From: Sphaerodactylus townsendi
Taxonomy: Eukaryota
Direction of reading: 5' to 3'
Assembly: GCF_021028975.2 (NCBI RefSeq)
Contig: NC_059429.1
Coordinates: forward strand, 59,024,001-59,088,000
Length of the DNA stretch: 64,000 nt
Position numbers and translations under genes: made by a program. The notes under the pieces are model-generated. The model ran no database searches. It was not told the origin of the DNA and worked only from the letters and a program-made list of their open reading frames with translations. Positions 62,535 to 64,000 of this stretch are shown here, in pieces (position 1 is the stretch's first letter; each line of letters opens with the position of its first letter).

Positions 62535-63170
62535 TATTTATTTAAAACATTTATTACAGCTCAATCCACAGCCCTGGGCTTTCTGGCAGCACAGGGAAGC
62601 AGAAAAACCAAAACCAATGGCCCAAAACCAACCCCTCCGATGCCCCCCATAGCCAGAAAGCCCTCTATGGGGCTTAATGGACTTACACCACTGAAAAGAT
62701 ATGGCATAATAATAATAAACTGCAATAAAATAAAATAATAAATTACAATAAAATATATAAACATGAAGACCACTGGTTAAAAATAATAATTTAAAGCTGC
62801 TCTTAGAAAGACTAATCAAATGTCATCATTAATAAATTATTTTAATTTGCTTCCTAAAGACTGAGATGGCCAAGCACACCTCCATGGAGAGGTTTTTGCA
62901 TAATCATGGGACAGCGCTTGAGAAGTCCCTCTCTCATGCACCCACCAGACCAGTTTCCTTGTTGGGACACTGAAGACTTAATTGCCACGAAGGAACACAT
63001 GGGAGAACATTATTCTTCAGATATCATGGTCCCAAGGTATGTAGGGATTTGAGAGGCAAAACCATCATCTTGAATTAGGACCAGATTGAAAGTCAGTATA
63101 ATAATTGCTGTAATATTGGAGTCACATGATCCCAGCAACTGGCCCTGATAACCAGCCTAGACTAAATACA
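62535..63170 (-). mobile_element. Decayed L2-clade LINE 3' region
   Basis: Reverse AT tail plus ggtcccaagg...gggatttgagaggcaaaaccatcatcttgaatt, corresponding to the L2 FKVLVL..KAL.GLGP region. Confidence 0.55.
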
Positions 63171-63182
63171 AGGCATTCCACA

Positions 63183-63290
63183 AGTGTTGTGTGGTTTCCA
63201 GGCTGTGGCGGCCATGTTTCTAGTAGCATTTTCTCCCTGACCTGTTGCCTGCATCTGTGGCTGGCATCTTCAGAGGATCGGGTAAGAATG
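63183..63290 (-). mobile_element. Penelope-like pLTR fragment with decayed hammerhead motif
   Basis: Reverse complement of 52775-52869; the core reads CTGAAGA...ggcaacaggtcagg. Confidence 0.8.
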
Positions 63291-64000
63291 GTAGTAAAAT
63301 AAATGGCATATATACCCGTGGGAACTCCATGTCCAGGGTGGGAGCAACAACCTTATTTGCTTCGTTAACAAGTTGCAAAGGGTGCAATTAACAAAGCAAG
63401 CTTTAACTTTGCATGTGTTGGGTGGGACCCACCCATTTAGCGACAACAGGGCAAGAACCATGCTTATGATAGGACGTAATCAATTATCAGACTTTGAAAC
63501 CACCACTCTTTGCAGCCACACACACTTCTGTAGTCTGAGTAGTCTGAGTCTCTGCAACTAATGGGGATCTTTTTTAAAAAATTACCAAACTTGGAGAGGA
63601 CAAGGGAGGACAGGACTATCTCTTCACTGTTCCGAAATCTTCACAATTATTTCCCAGGAGTGCAATGTTAATGAATCCTAAAGTGTAATAGAAGGAGGGA
63701 TATGATAACACTTGGTTTTTTATACCAGTGAAGCAGGAACAACTTTTATTTAGAGGAAAATGTAGTTTACCCTTTTTAAGAGAGTGGCTTTTAACATTCA
63801 CTTTTAATCAGTAACAGAGATCTGAGTGAAATCTAAAAATCTGGCTTTGCCTACTGAATGAGCTGACACATGGGTGGGTGGGCAGTTCTGACTGCATACT
63901 GACAAAAAGGACTCAGTAGAATACCTGCTATCTAAAACTGGCAAGTACAGATTGTTGATTGAGACTTGTCTCTATCTCTGTGCTGAGCATGCTTCTTACA

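Overview
This is vertebrate genomic DNA, not prokaryotic. The repeat content (MIR/Ther1-derived Squam3-type SINEs, Sauria and 5S-Sauria SINEs, CR1, L2, RTE, DIRS, Penelope, hAT MITEs) points to a squamate, probably a gecko. The only host coding sequence I can support is the isoform-specific first coding exon of the cAMP phosphodiesterase PDE4B long form PDE4B3 (minus strand, 60359-60124, phase-2 GTAAGA donor). Positions 1-60123 are therefore PDE4B intron, and 60360-60750 is the candidate leader and promoter. The intron is a dense, often nested transposon landscape. It holds two decayed DIRS retrotransposons, two CR1s, L2/RTE/RTE-X ends, a clean Helitron, solo LTRs with TSDs, at least 9 hAT MITEs with 8-bp TSDs, Harbinger- and Tc2-like MITEs, and Penelope fragments with hammerhead ribozyme cores. 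I cannot demonstrate a new biological system. The best leads are a back-to-back uORF chain in the PDE4B3 leader, an intronic CRE+octamer module followed by a splice donor, a minimal Penelope insert that is almost only a G12A hammerhead, and hAT MITEs with a conserved left/right terminal asymmetry. Family names come from recalled consensus motifs, not database searches. Most six-frame ORFs are spurious.
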